This document shows, in pieces, positions 26,951 to 59,222 of a stretch of 64,000 bases of DNA (its first letter is position 1; every line of letters begins with the position of its first letter). Both the position numbers and the translations under genes were made by a program. The notes beneath the pieces were generated by a model that saw only the letters and a program-made list of their open reading frames with translations, had not been told where the DNA came from and searched no databases. This DNA is from Mizuhopecten yessoensis (lineage: Eukaryota). The stretch is taken from NCBI RefSeq assembly GCF_002113885.1, contig NW_018404481.1:1435710-1499709 (forward strand), given 5' to 3'.

Positions 26951-29575
26951 TTTTTTTTTTAATTTAATTTTTTTATTTTCAAAGATTTTCAGAACATGTA
27001 CATTATACAGAACATCACATCAACACATATCCACACATTCACACATATCTACTATTGAAATTATCAGCAACCTCATCATCCTCATCATCNTGAGGTCAAG
27101 CTCTACTAATTTTAACCATTTTTCCCATTCAGAAGTAAATCTTCTAAGGCCTTGTTCCCCTTTACCACGAGCAATATATTTCTGAACCTTATAGTAATCT
27201 TTAATCGAATTGACTAAAGCCGTCACATTAAGTGACTTATGAAAACATCTGGTTTTGTATATATATTGTTTAATGAACAGAGTAATTTCATTATCAATTC
27301 TGGTATAAATTCCAGTTTGGTTGATAAAACCAAAGATCATTGATTCTTTATTTAGTGAGAAAGGAATAGTGAGAGCACTTAAAAGACTTTCAAAATTGCT
27401 CAGAAATTTTTGTACTTCCCTGCATTCCCATAAAACGTGGGTAATTGTCTCCCTTTCTATGATACAAAAAACACAGTGTGGGTTATTTACAAGTCCAATT
27501 TTGCATAAATAAGAATTGGTTGTTAAAATATAATGATTAATTCTAAATTGCAACCATTGCAATTTTGTATTTTTTGTAACCCTGAAAGGAATAGCATATA
27601 TTTTCCCCCAAGTTTCCTGATTATAGTCGAATATAGTTCCCCATTTTGTTTGAGCAGTTATTGATGCATTATTTCTGATAAGTATATTATAGAAGTCTTG
27701 AGAACCTTTTTTCTTCTTTAAAATTATTACAAGATGTAACGGTATAATTGGGTATATCACATTTTTGTTTGGCAAATTAAGTTGTTTCAGATAATTCTTT
27801 ATGCTTGTTATCAAGCCATGATATTCTAGATAATTAGTTATTGTACCATGTAGATCACAAAATTCCTTAAAAGACAAGAAAGAGTAGTCTGTGTTGTTTT
27901 TCAACAAATCATTAATTATCATAATCCCGTTTTTAAACCACTTACTATAAAAAACAACTTTATTACCAACAGAAATATTTTTGTTATACCATAAGGGTGT
28001 CTTAAGTAGGGCAAAATTCTCATTTTTAAACAGCTCCTCTTTTGCTCTTAATTTATACCATGCCCTAAACACATCTTTCCAAAACACATTTTTGCAATTT
28101 CCTTGAACTTTATTAAGGTACTCGTTTCCTGAGTTAGCCAAGATATGAGGATTTACACAAGATTTTAAAATGCTTACCCATTTACCTTCTGATCTAAAAA
28201 ACCTTCTTATCCAACTTATTTTCAGAGCTTCAATAAAAGACATTAAATTAACCATTTTTAGCCCACCTTCTTGATAATTTTGGATTATTATGTCCCGTTT
28301 AATCTTATCAGTTTTGCTATTCCATAAAAAATTGAAAAGAACAGAATTGAGCTGTTTTATAAATTTTTCAGATGGATTAGGTAAGGAAATGAACAGATGA
28401 TTCATCTGAGAAATTAATAAAGATTTAATGACATTAATTCTACCAATAGGTGTGAGCAACCTTCTACTCCAGCTCTTAATAAGAGCTTTAAGTTTAACTA
28501 ATTTTTTATCAAAGTTCATTTTAGGTATTTTGCAAAGATCTACATGGAAATCTATCCCAAGAAGAGTAAATTTATTAACTCCCCATCTAAGATTCATATT
28601 TGGAAGGAGAACATCATTGCTGTATTTTTTACTGCCTATCCAGACAACTTCAGTTTTACCTACATTTACTTTAAGACCAGATATTTTTGCATAAATATTT
28701 AGTTCATCAACCGCCCCTTTCAGTGATTTTTCAGAACCATCTAATACCAGAGAAGTGTCATCTGCATACTGAGAGTTTAAGATGGGACAGTTATTAACCT
28801 TTATACCAGTTATACTCTTATTGTTTCTAAGGCGGATTGCTAAAACTTCTGCACATAGTATAAAAATATATGGAGCGATGGGATCTCCTTGACGACATCC
28901 ACGATTTATTTTGAAAAAAGCTGATAAATTACCCCCCTGGTTTATAGCAGAGCTTGAATTACAGTGTAAAATTTTGACCCAATTTCTGATATCGTTTCCA
29001 AATCCAAAATATCTAAGTACTTCGTCTATGAATTTCCAAGAGACAGAATCGAAAGCCTTTTCAAAATCAACCATTAATAACATTCCAGGGATATCATTTT
29101 CCTCTGTATATTGCATAATGTCATAAACCAGGCGAGTATTTTCTCCTACATAGCGTCCCGATATAAATCCTGATTGATCAGAGTTTATAATTTTTTGTAA
29201 AACTAATTTGAATCTACTTGTTATTGATCCAGAAGCAATTTTGTATACAATGTTTAATAGAGAAATAGGTCTCCAATTCTTTATAAAATACTTTGATTTA
29301 TTAGCCTTAGGTATACAAGTAATTATTCCCTGACGTTGTGTAATAGATAGCTGACCATTTGAAAAACCATAATTTAATGCCCTAACCACAAAATTACCTA
29401 ACTGATTCCAAAAACATTTATAAAATTCTGATGTGAATCCATCTGAGCCTGGGCTCTTATTACTTTTCATATTCTTTAGTGTTATAGATGCTTCTTTAAG
29501 TGTAATAATACCTTCCAAACTGACCGCTTCTTCAACATTTAATCTTGGAACATCAAAATCTTCTAAAAATTCATC
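26951..29575 (-). mobile_element. 5'-truncated L1/Tx1-clade non-LTR retrotransposon, copy 1 (poly(A) tail, distal 3'UTR, RT ORF)
   Basis: RT motifs KSPGSDG, WRPISLLN, DQSGF, DFEKAFDSV, RQGDPIAPYIF, YADD and C-terminal CVFC...ETITHVLWEC. Poly(T) on + at 26951-26960 with nearby TTTATT. TSD CAAAACATACATTCT at 26936-26950 and 29576-29590. An N at 27090 breaks the 3' end. Confidence 0.92.
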
Positions 29576-29924
29576 CAAAACATACATTCTTACCATCCTC
29601 TCATCCTTACCATCAAATCATTCATACATTCTTACCATCCTTTCACCATTACCACCAAAACATACATTCTTACCATGCAACATTCATTCTTACCATCCTT
29701 ACACCATTACCACCAAAACATATATTCTTACCATCCTCTCACCCTTACCATCAAAACATTCATTCTTACCATCCTCTCACCCTTACCACCATAACATACA
29801 TTCTTACCATCCTCTCATCCTTAGCATCAAAACATACATTCTTACTATCCTCTCACCCTTACCACCAAAACATACATTCTTACCATCCTCTCACCCTTAC
29901 CACCAAAACATACATTCTTACCAT
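29576..29924. repeat. 38-bp minisatellite, middle block
   Basis: Same unit. The first ~205 bp match 32463-32670. Confidence 0.9.
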
Positions 29925-29925
29925 N

Positions 29926-32462
29926 TAGAATAACAACTAATAACTTAATATAAATAGTCATAATATTCAGGGTTAGTTGAGGTCAAGCTCTACTAATTTT
30001 AACCATTTTTCCCATTCAGAAGTAAATCTTCTAAGGCCTTGTTCCCCTTTACCACGAGCAATATATTTCTGAACCTTATAGTAATCTTTAATCGAATTGA
30101 CTAAAGCCGTCACATTAAGTGACTTATGAAAACATCTGGTTTTGTATATATATTGTTTAATGAACAGAGTAATTTCATTATCAATTCTGGTATAAATTCC
30201 AGTTTGGTTGATAAAACCAAAGATCATTGATTCTTTATTTAGTGAGAAAGGAATAGTGAGAGCACTTAAAAGACTTTCAAAATTGCTCAGAAATTTTTGT
30301 ACTTCCCTGCATTCCCATAAAACGTGGGTAATTGTCTCCCTTTCTATGATACAAAAAACACAGTGTGGGTTATTTACAAGTCCAATTTTGCATAAATAAG
30401 AATTGGTTGTTAAAATATAATGATTAATTCTAAATTGCAACCATTGCAATTTTGTATTTTTTGTAACCCTGAAAGGAATAGCATATATTTTCCCCCAAGT
30501 TTCCTGATTATAGTCGAATATAGTTCCCCATTTTGTTTGAGCAGTTATTGATGCATTATTTCTGATAAGTATATTATAGAAGTCTTGAGAACCTTTTTTC
30601 TTCTTTAAAATTATTACAAGATGTAACGGTATAATTGGGTATATCACATTTTTGTTTGGCAAATTAAGTTGTTTCAGATAATTCTTTATGCTTGTTATCA
30701 AGCCATGATATTCTAGATAATTAGTTATTGTACCATGTAGATCACAAAATTCCTTAAAAGACAAGAAAGAGTAGTCTGTGTTGTTTTTCAACAAATCATT
30801 AATTATCATAATCCCGTTTTTAAACCACTTACTATAAAAAACAACTTTATTACCAACAGAAATATTTTTGTTATACCATAAGGGTGTCTTAAGTAGGGCA
30901 AAATTCTCATTTTTAAACAGCTCCTCTTTTGCTCTTAATTTATACCATGCCCTAAACACATCTTTCCAAAACACATTTTTGCAATTTCCTTGAACTTTAT
31001 TAAGGTACTCGTTTCCTGAGTTAGCCAAGATATGAGGATTTACACAAGATTTTAAAATGCTTACCCATTTACCTTCTGATCTAAAAAACCTTCTTATCCA
31101 ACTTATTTTCAGAGCTTCAATAAAAGACATTAAATTAACCATTTTTAGCCCACCTTCTTGATAATTTTGGATTATTATGTCCCGTTTAATCTTATCAGTT
31201 TTGCTATTCCATAAAAAATTGAAAAGAACAGAATTGAGCTGTTTTATAAATTTTTCAGATGGATTAGGTAAGGAAATGAACAGATGATTCATCTGAGAAA
31301 TTAATAAAGATTTAATGACATTAATTCTACCAATAGGTGTGAGCAACCTTCTACTCCAGCTCTTAATAAGAGCTTTAAGTTTAACTAATTTTTTATCAAA
31401 GTTCATTTTAGGTATTTTGCAAAGATCTACATGGAAATCTATCCCAAGAAGAGTAAATTTATTAACTCCCCATCTAAGATTCATATTTGGAAGGAGAACA
31501 TCATTGCTGTATTTTTTACTGCCTATCCAGACAACTTCAGTTTTACCTACATTTACTTTAAGACCAGATATTTTTGCATAAATATTTAGTTCATCAACCG
31601 CCCCTTTCAGTGATTTTTCAGAACCATCTAATACCAGAGAAGTGTCATCTGCATACTGAGAGTTTAAGATGGGACAGTTATTAACCTTTATACCAGTTAT
31701 ACTCTTATTGTTTCTAAGGCGGATTGCTAAAACTTCTGCACATAGTATAAAAATATATGGAGCGATGGGATCTCCTTGACGACATCCACGATTTATTTTG
31801 AAAAAAGCTGATAAATTACCCCCCTGGTTTATAGCAGAGCTTGAATTACAGTGTAAAATTTTGACCCAATTTCTGATATCGTTTCCAAATCCAAAATATC
31901 TAAGTACTTCGTCTATGAATTTCCAAGAGACAGAATCGAAAGCCTTTTCAAAATCAACCATTAATAACATTCCAGGGATATCATTTTCCTCTGTATATTG
32001 CATAATGTCATAAACCAGGCGAGTATTTTCTCCTACATAGCGTCCCGATATAAATCCTGATTGATCAGAGTTTATAATTTTTTGTAAAACTAATTTGAAT
32101 CTACTTGTTATTGATCCAGAAGCAATTTTGTATACAATGTTTAATAGAGAAATAGGTCTCCAATTCTTTATAAAATACTTTGATTTATTAGCCTTAGGTA
32201 TACAAGTAATTATTCCCTGACGTTGTGTAATAGATAGCTGACCATTTGAAAAACCATAATTTAATGCCCTAACCACAAAATTACCTAACTGATTCCAAAA
32301 ACATTTATAAAATTCTGATGTGAATCCATCTGAGCCTGGGCTCTTATTACTTTTCATATTCTTTAGTGTTATAGATGCTTCTTTAAGTGTAATAATACCT
32401 TCCAAACTGACCGCTTCTTCAACATTTAATCTTGGAACATCAAAATCTTCTAAAAATTCATC
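29926..32462 (-). mobile_element. 5'-truncated L1/Tx1-clade non-LTR retrotransposon, copy 2 (apparently identical to copy 1)
   Basis: Same protein as copy 1 at offset 2887 bp, same 5' truncation point, bounded by single Ns at 29925 and 32671. Confidence 0.9.
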
Positions 32463-32483
32463 CAAAACATACATTCTTACCAT
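29973..32483 (-). CDS. Uninterrupted 836-aa ORF2 fragment (reverse transcriptase + zf-RVT, no endonuclease)
   Basis: ORF track. YADD catalytic motif. The first ~7 codons (MVRMYVL) are read from the flanking minisatellite/TSD. Confidence 0.8.
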   Translation of the reverse strand: MVRMYVLDEFLEDFDVPRLNVEEAVSLEGIITLKEASITLKNMKSNKSPGSDGFTSEFYKCFWNQLGNFVVRALNYGFSNGQLSITQRQGIITCIPKANKSKYFIKNWRPISLLNIVYKIASGSITSRFKLVLQKIINSDQSGFISGRYVGENTRLVYDIMQYTEENDIPGMLLMVDFEKAFDSVSWKFIDEVLRYFGFGNDIRNWVKILHCNSSSAINQGGNLSAFFKINRGCRQGDPIAPYIFILCAEVLAIRLRNNKSITGIKVNNCPILNSQYADDTSLVLDGSEKSLKGAVDELNIYAKISGLKVNVGKTEVVWIGSKKYSNDVLLPNMNLRWGVNKFTLLGIDFHVDLCKIPKMNFDKKLVKLKALIKSWSRRLLTPIGRINVIKSLLISQMNHLFISLPNPSEKFIKQLNSVLFNFLWNSKTDKIKRDIIIQNYQEGGLKMVNLMSFIEALKISWIRRFFRSEGKWVSILKSCVNPHILANSGNEYLNKVQGNCKNVFWKDVFRAWYKLRAKEELFKNENFALLKTPLWYNKNISVGNKVVFYSKWFKNGIMIINDLLKNNTDYSFLSFKEFCDLHGTITNYLEYHGLITSIKNYLKQLNLPNKNVIYPIIPLHLVIILKKKKGSQDFYNILIRNNASITAQTKWGTIFDYNQETWGKIYAIPFRVTKNTKLQWLQFRINHYILTTNSYLCKIGLVNNPHCVFCIIERETITHVLWECREVQKFLSNFESLLSALTIPFSLNKESMIFGFINQTGIYTRIDNEITLFIKQYIYKTRCFHKSLNVTALVNSIKDYYKVQKYIARGKGEQGLRRFTSEWEKWLKLVELDLN

Positions 32484-33700
32484 CCTCTCATCCTTACCAT
32501 CAAATCATTCATACATTCTTACCATCCTTTCACCATTACCACCAAAACATACATTCTTACCATGCAACATTCATTCTTACCATCCTTACACCATTACCAC
32601 CAAAACATATATTCTTACCATCCTCTCACCCTTACCATCAAAACATTCATTCTTACCATCCTCTCACCCTNACATCCTTACCATGCAACATTCATTCTTA
32701 CCATCCTTTCACCATTACCACCAAAACATACATTCTTACCATCCTTTCACCCTTACCACCAAAGCATACATTCTTACCATCCTCTAACCCTTACCACCAA
32801 AACATACATTCTTATCATCCTCTCACCTTTACCATCAAAACATACATTCTTACCATCCTCTTCCCCTTACCACCAAAACATACATTCTTACCATCCTCTC
32901 ACCCTTACCACCAAAACATACATTCTAACCATCCTTACCATGCAACATTCATTCTTACCATTCTTACACCATTACCACCAAAACATACAATCTTACCATC
33001 CTTTCACCATTACCACCAAAACATACATTCTTACCAACCTTTCACCCTTACCACCAAAACATACATTTTTACCATCCTCTCGCCCTTACCATCAAATCAT
33101 TCATTCTTACCATCCTTACCACCGAACATACATTCTAACCATCCTTTCACCCTTACCACCAAAACATACATTCTAACCATCCTCTCACCCTTTCCAACAA
33201 AACATACATTCTAACCATCCTCTCACCATTACCACTTAAACTCATACATTCTGATCACCTTCTAATCTTTACCATCAAAACACATACATTCTGACCATCC
33301 TTTTCACCTATGCAACAAAAACACCTACATCCTGAACAAGCTCTCACCCTTACCACAAAAACACATTATACTGTCCATCCTTTCAATTTTTCAACCAAAA
33401 CACACATTTTAACCATCCTAGCTCTCACATTTCAACATAAAAACACCAATGTTCTGACCACCTTTCACTTTTTCAACAAAAACACATACATATGTTGACC
33501 ATCCTTTTCACCTATACCACCAAAACACCTACATCCTGAACAACCTATCACTCTTACCACAAAAACATTCATTTTGACCATCCCCTCACATTTTACCAAA
33601 AAAACACCCATGTTTTAACCATCCATTTATCTTTACCACCCCAACACATACGATCTGTCCATCCTCTAACCTTTACAACCAAAAAAGCATGCATTCTACA
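32463..33700. repeat. 38-bp minisatellite, right arm, degenerating beyond ~33240
   Basis: Same unit. Generates the spurious H/P/T-rich ORFs. Confidence 0.92.
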
Positions 33701-33739
33701 CTAGAGGACAACTATTTGACAGGTCTCTTGGGCAAGAGT

Positions 33740-34540
33740 ACCTTTACCATTGACCTTGACTATCAAGGCTGAATCAAGGTCAAGAGGATGACCAAAGGGT
33801 GTGTTAAAATCTTAACACTTGTTCAGTTATCCAAGGTCAAGAATTTGGTGCATGGACATATAAAATGGATGTCTAGGTCATAACTCTACTCTATGGCTTG
33901 TCCAAGATCATCATATCAGTATTACTTTGCCCATAGCCACAGATGTTGTTGTAACCTTGACCCAATGTCATATCTCCAAGGTCAAGGTCTTTGTACATTG
34001 ACACCTGAAATGGGTGTCCAGGCCATGGCCACCACCCTGTATCCTTGTGCTGGATCTTGACCTTAATACACAGCATCGTTTTCTATAAACCAGCTAGGTA
34101 TGTGCTGCAACCTTGACCCAATGTCATATCTCCAAGGTCAAGGGGTTTGTACATTGACACCTTAAATGGGTGTCCAGGCCATGGCCACCACCCTGTATCC
34201 TTGTGCTGGATCTTGATCTTAATACACAGCATCGTTTTCTATAGACCAGTTAGGTATGTGCTGCAACCTTGACCCAAGTTATGCATACATCCAAGCTCAA
34301 GGTCATGACACATCGACATCTGAAATGTTGGCCAGGGCATTCTTTATAATTTAGCTAGGATGTTGATCATACATCTATACATCACAGCATTATTGTTTAT
34401 GACATATATACTCTGCTGCCACTTTCATCCAAGGTCAAGGTCATTCAAGATATCGTTTTTCAATTGAATGCCTGAAACAAAACATGAAAAATGTAAAACC
34501 ATCTTAAACAGGGGCTATTGTTTATTGCAATAAAAATGTC
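33740..34540. repeat. Satellite-bearing element remnant with 156-bp tandem units (GACCTTGAC/AAGGTCAAGG motifs)
   Basis: AACCTTGACCCAA recurs at 33953, 34109 and 34265. Confidence 0.7.
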
Positions 34541-36043
34541 ATTAAAAATGTGTTGTTACCATTGGCAATTAAGATATCAAGATTGTTGTGGGTATTTCAG
34601 ACCAGGTGACTAGACGGAACCTAGTGATAAAAACAGGAGAGGAAAATTTCAAAGTGTCAAAACAACTGAAATTCCAACCTTTGACCTCTGAACTAAAGAG
34701 GAGCACTCAACCTAACGAACTGACCTATCTGGTAAATGATAGCCCTCACGCCTGGTTTTGCTTTACAACCATTATACCATTTTTAAACATTACATGCCAC
34801 GATTATAAAATTATCAAACAGTTAATCTCTGTGCAAAACTCACTATTAGTAATGATGCAAGTTAATATGCCAACATCAATTAAATCAAATGATGAGGATG
34901 TATTATTTCTCCGTCCAATGGTTAATTTTTTTTTTACAGGAAATGTGATATTCTTTTCCCAGTAGACCGGTGGTTTCTGAACGGATTTTTTCATCAATAA
35001 AACTCTTTCCTATAACCTGAGTGTTAAAGATGCATGTTTTTTCAGATAATATAAATATTAAAGAGCCACAATCATCCAGGTTTATTTTTCGGGAAAATGG
35101 TGAAACAGTCATACTACAAAACTAAACAGACTTTTATTTCATATTTAAAAATGCGGTAAGCTCACTTCTAATGCAGAGACTGATGTAAATCATAGTGGTA
35201 CCCAAAGACAAGTTTTTTCGTGCGTCATATTTTGAAAGAGTTATCTCCCTTGGACAAAGAAATAATTTAAACACGAAAATTGTATTAATTTGACAAATAT
35301 AGAATCATTTTGGTACGAAATTCATGGAGAAACAATTCAATTGTACTAAAATCTAATAATAATGTAGTTTTACAACAATATAAATTGTATTTACTAGATC
35401 CGCAGTAACGCGTGAAAGGTCACAGGTCACCAACATGGGCGACTGAGGGCGAGCGGATCGCCAGCGCAGTTTACACGAAATTCCTGACGTGTTTTAGACA
35501 AGAATTGATTACTAGCCATCGGACTCTGAATCATCTACCTACTACAGAAACGTGAAGTGGACTGTTTACAAGGAGAAAACTATGCTATCGACAATATGAT
35601 ATATACAGGGAAGTGGTAAACTGGTTTCGGAAAGTATAGAACGGACAATGTCGCTGTCACTGGTTTCGTTGTCAACCATCAACGATCTTAGATCACTTCC
35701 ACTTAATCGATCCGTCTGAGATAATAACGGACTTTCTTGTCACCCTGTTATCATTTGTTCTGACTGATTGGACTCTTGAATCGTAAGTAACTTTAATAAC
35801 GGAGATAGGAGTTTGTTGGAACAAGCTAGGCGTTGTATCTGGTACGGGGATTTAACTGGAATTGAATGTGACACCGATAAGATACTGTATCAATACATTT
35901 TATGGACAGGCTCTTCATTACAGGATTATATTTAAAGTCCCTACACACAGGAAACCCTTTGGCAGTTCTGGATGAGCTCGAAATTGACCACCATCCCTGA
36001 ACTAGACTGACAAAAGTATCCACAAATGTAGTCTCCAACTTAA

Positions 36044-57811
<21,768 letters not shown>

Positions 57812-58117
57812 AAAGATTATTGAGTCAAAATATATATAATATGCTTTTCATGAGAGATCATCTCTAAAGCTATCCAACATTTAAGGCATGTTAAGACAAA
57901 AAGTAATAATTGTGTGTACTCATTTTAAAGCATAGTTGTATTATGAAAGGTTGTCAAATTAGGAAATGATTTAAACAATATTTTTTTACGAACATAAATA
58001 TGTACTCCAAATATATTTGATGAAAACTGTTGAGTAACCATTTTTTTTTTTTTATTAATACCAAGTAAACACTTTGGATACAAAATACCTTTTTCTACAT
58101 TTGTATGTACATTATAT

Positions 58118-58208
58118 TTAACTCATTCACCCCTGAAATTTTGTAATGAACTATTCCAATCTTTGTATTGGAAGAGTTCAAATGTGTCTTCAGGGGTGAA
58201 TGAGTTAA
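58118..58208. mobile_element. piggyBac-like micro-MITE family A in the LIX1L 3'UTR
   Basis: Perfect TIRs with TTAA flanks, ~300 bp after the stop codon. Confidence 0.8.
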
Positions 58209-58943
58209 GTTTTATTTATTAACTTAAAAGTTCCAAATGGATAGTTATACTATACGCTCCAAAGATAATGAGATTTTTTGTTAAGTGTTGTGTTACTACA
58301 AAATGAAGTTTGCCAAAAATCAACAGACTGTACCACCAATTTTATAAGATCTTTTGTTTTATATGAAGGTTTTCTTCTGTCATATACATCAGAATTGTAA
58401 ATGTGACCATTTCTATGTATGTTCAGTTCTTAGTAACTGGAAAATAAATGTTTTGGGAAAGATGAAACTAAATACTTTGTCAGTTACAAGTGTTACAGTT
58501 AACTATGAGTAGTAAGAAGTATCTAATCATTGGTTTTAAAACATGTTAAGATTTTTTCTAAAATCATGCAAAATATCTATTTAATATATGTAACTATGGA
58601 ATGTTTGCAATATATCCTGTAGATTAAATCGTACATGGAATCATTTTTATATTGGCTCATGGAAAGGATTAACATGTTCTAATCGGAAATTTGTTTTTAA
58701 TTTACGGTACTCATATAAATGTTCATTTACCTAACTGCTTATTCCTAGTTGTGGATTTAAAATGCTCATTTGTTTTGGACAAACATTAATTGACATTTTG
58801 TTCTACATTTATATGGTTGTCATGCAGACATTACCGGCCACTGTAGGTCAGTCAAGCTTTACGATTGTTTAAACCAAAAACATGTTTTGGAAATTTAGAA
58901 TTCATCATTTTAAGTCCGAAAATGCTTAAAAATATCAACCTTT

Positions 58944-59222
58944 ATTTATCTTATAACAATTATGAAACAAGGTTCCCGACTTGCATTAACCATTTTTGTT
59001 GGCCCAGATAAAAGCACATTGATCAGGGTTTAATTCATTCACCCCTGAGGACACATTTGAACTCTTCCTATTCAAAGGTTGGAATAGTTCATTACGAAAT
59101 TTCAGGGGTGAATGAGTTAATTATGAGAGAAAACCATAGTACATACTTACAACCAACCTATGTGGTTTGGATGATGACCAAATACCTTTTCAAGTCTGAT
59201 CGGGGGGAATTGAACGTTAATC
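58944..59222 (-). mobile_element. Old V-SINE copy interrupted by micro-MITE family A (59030-59120)
   Basis: Flanks align to 51214-51390 once the MITE is removed. Confidence 0.65.

Noticed and set aside
27020-27089. C-terminal extension MMRMMRLL... of the 858-aa ORF
   Set aside because: Read-through across the N at 27090 into 3'UTR; the true stop is seen in copy 2 (29973).
29433-33214. His/Pro/Thr-rich ORFs on the + strand
   Set aside because: Translations of the minisatellite and antisense RT.
26485-33700. RT flanked by ~38-bp repeats as a CRISPR-, retron- or DGR-like system
   Set aside because: Repeats are contiguous with no unique spacers, and the RT has eukaryotic L1/Tx1 motifs, a poly(A) tail and a TSD.
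26485-33700. Telomeric array with a telomere-type retroelement
   Set aside because: The unit is not TTAGGG-like and the array is interstitial between ordinary genes.
35238-35253. GAGTTATCTCCCTTGG motif, with similar words near 61570 and 63835
   Set aside because: Too short and also typical of repeat fragments, so a function cannot be supported.
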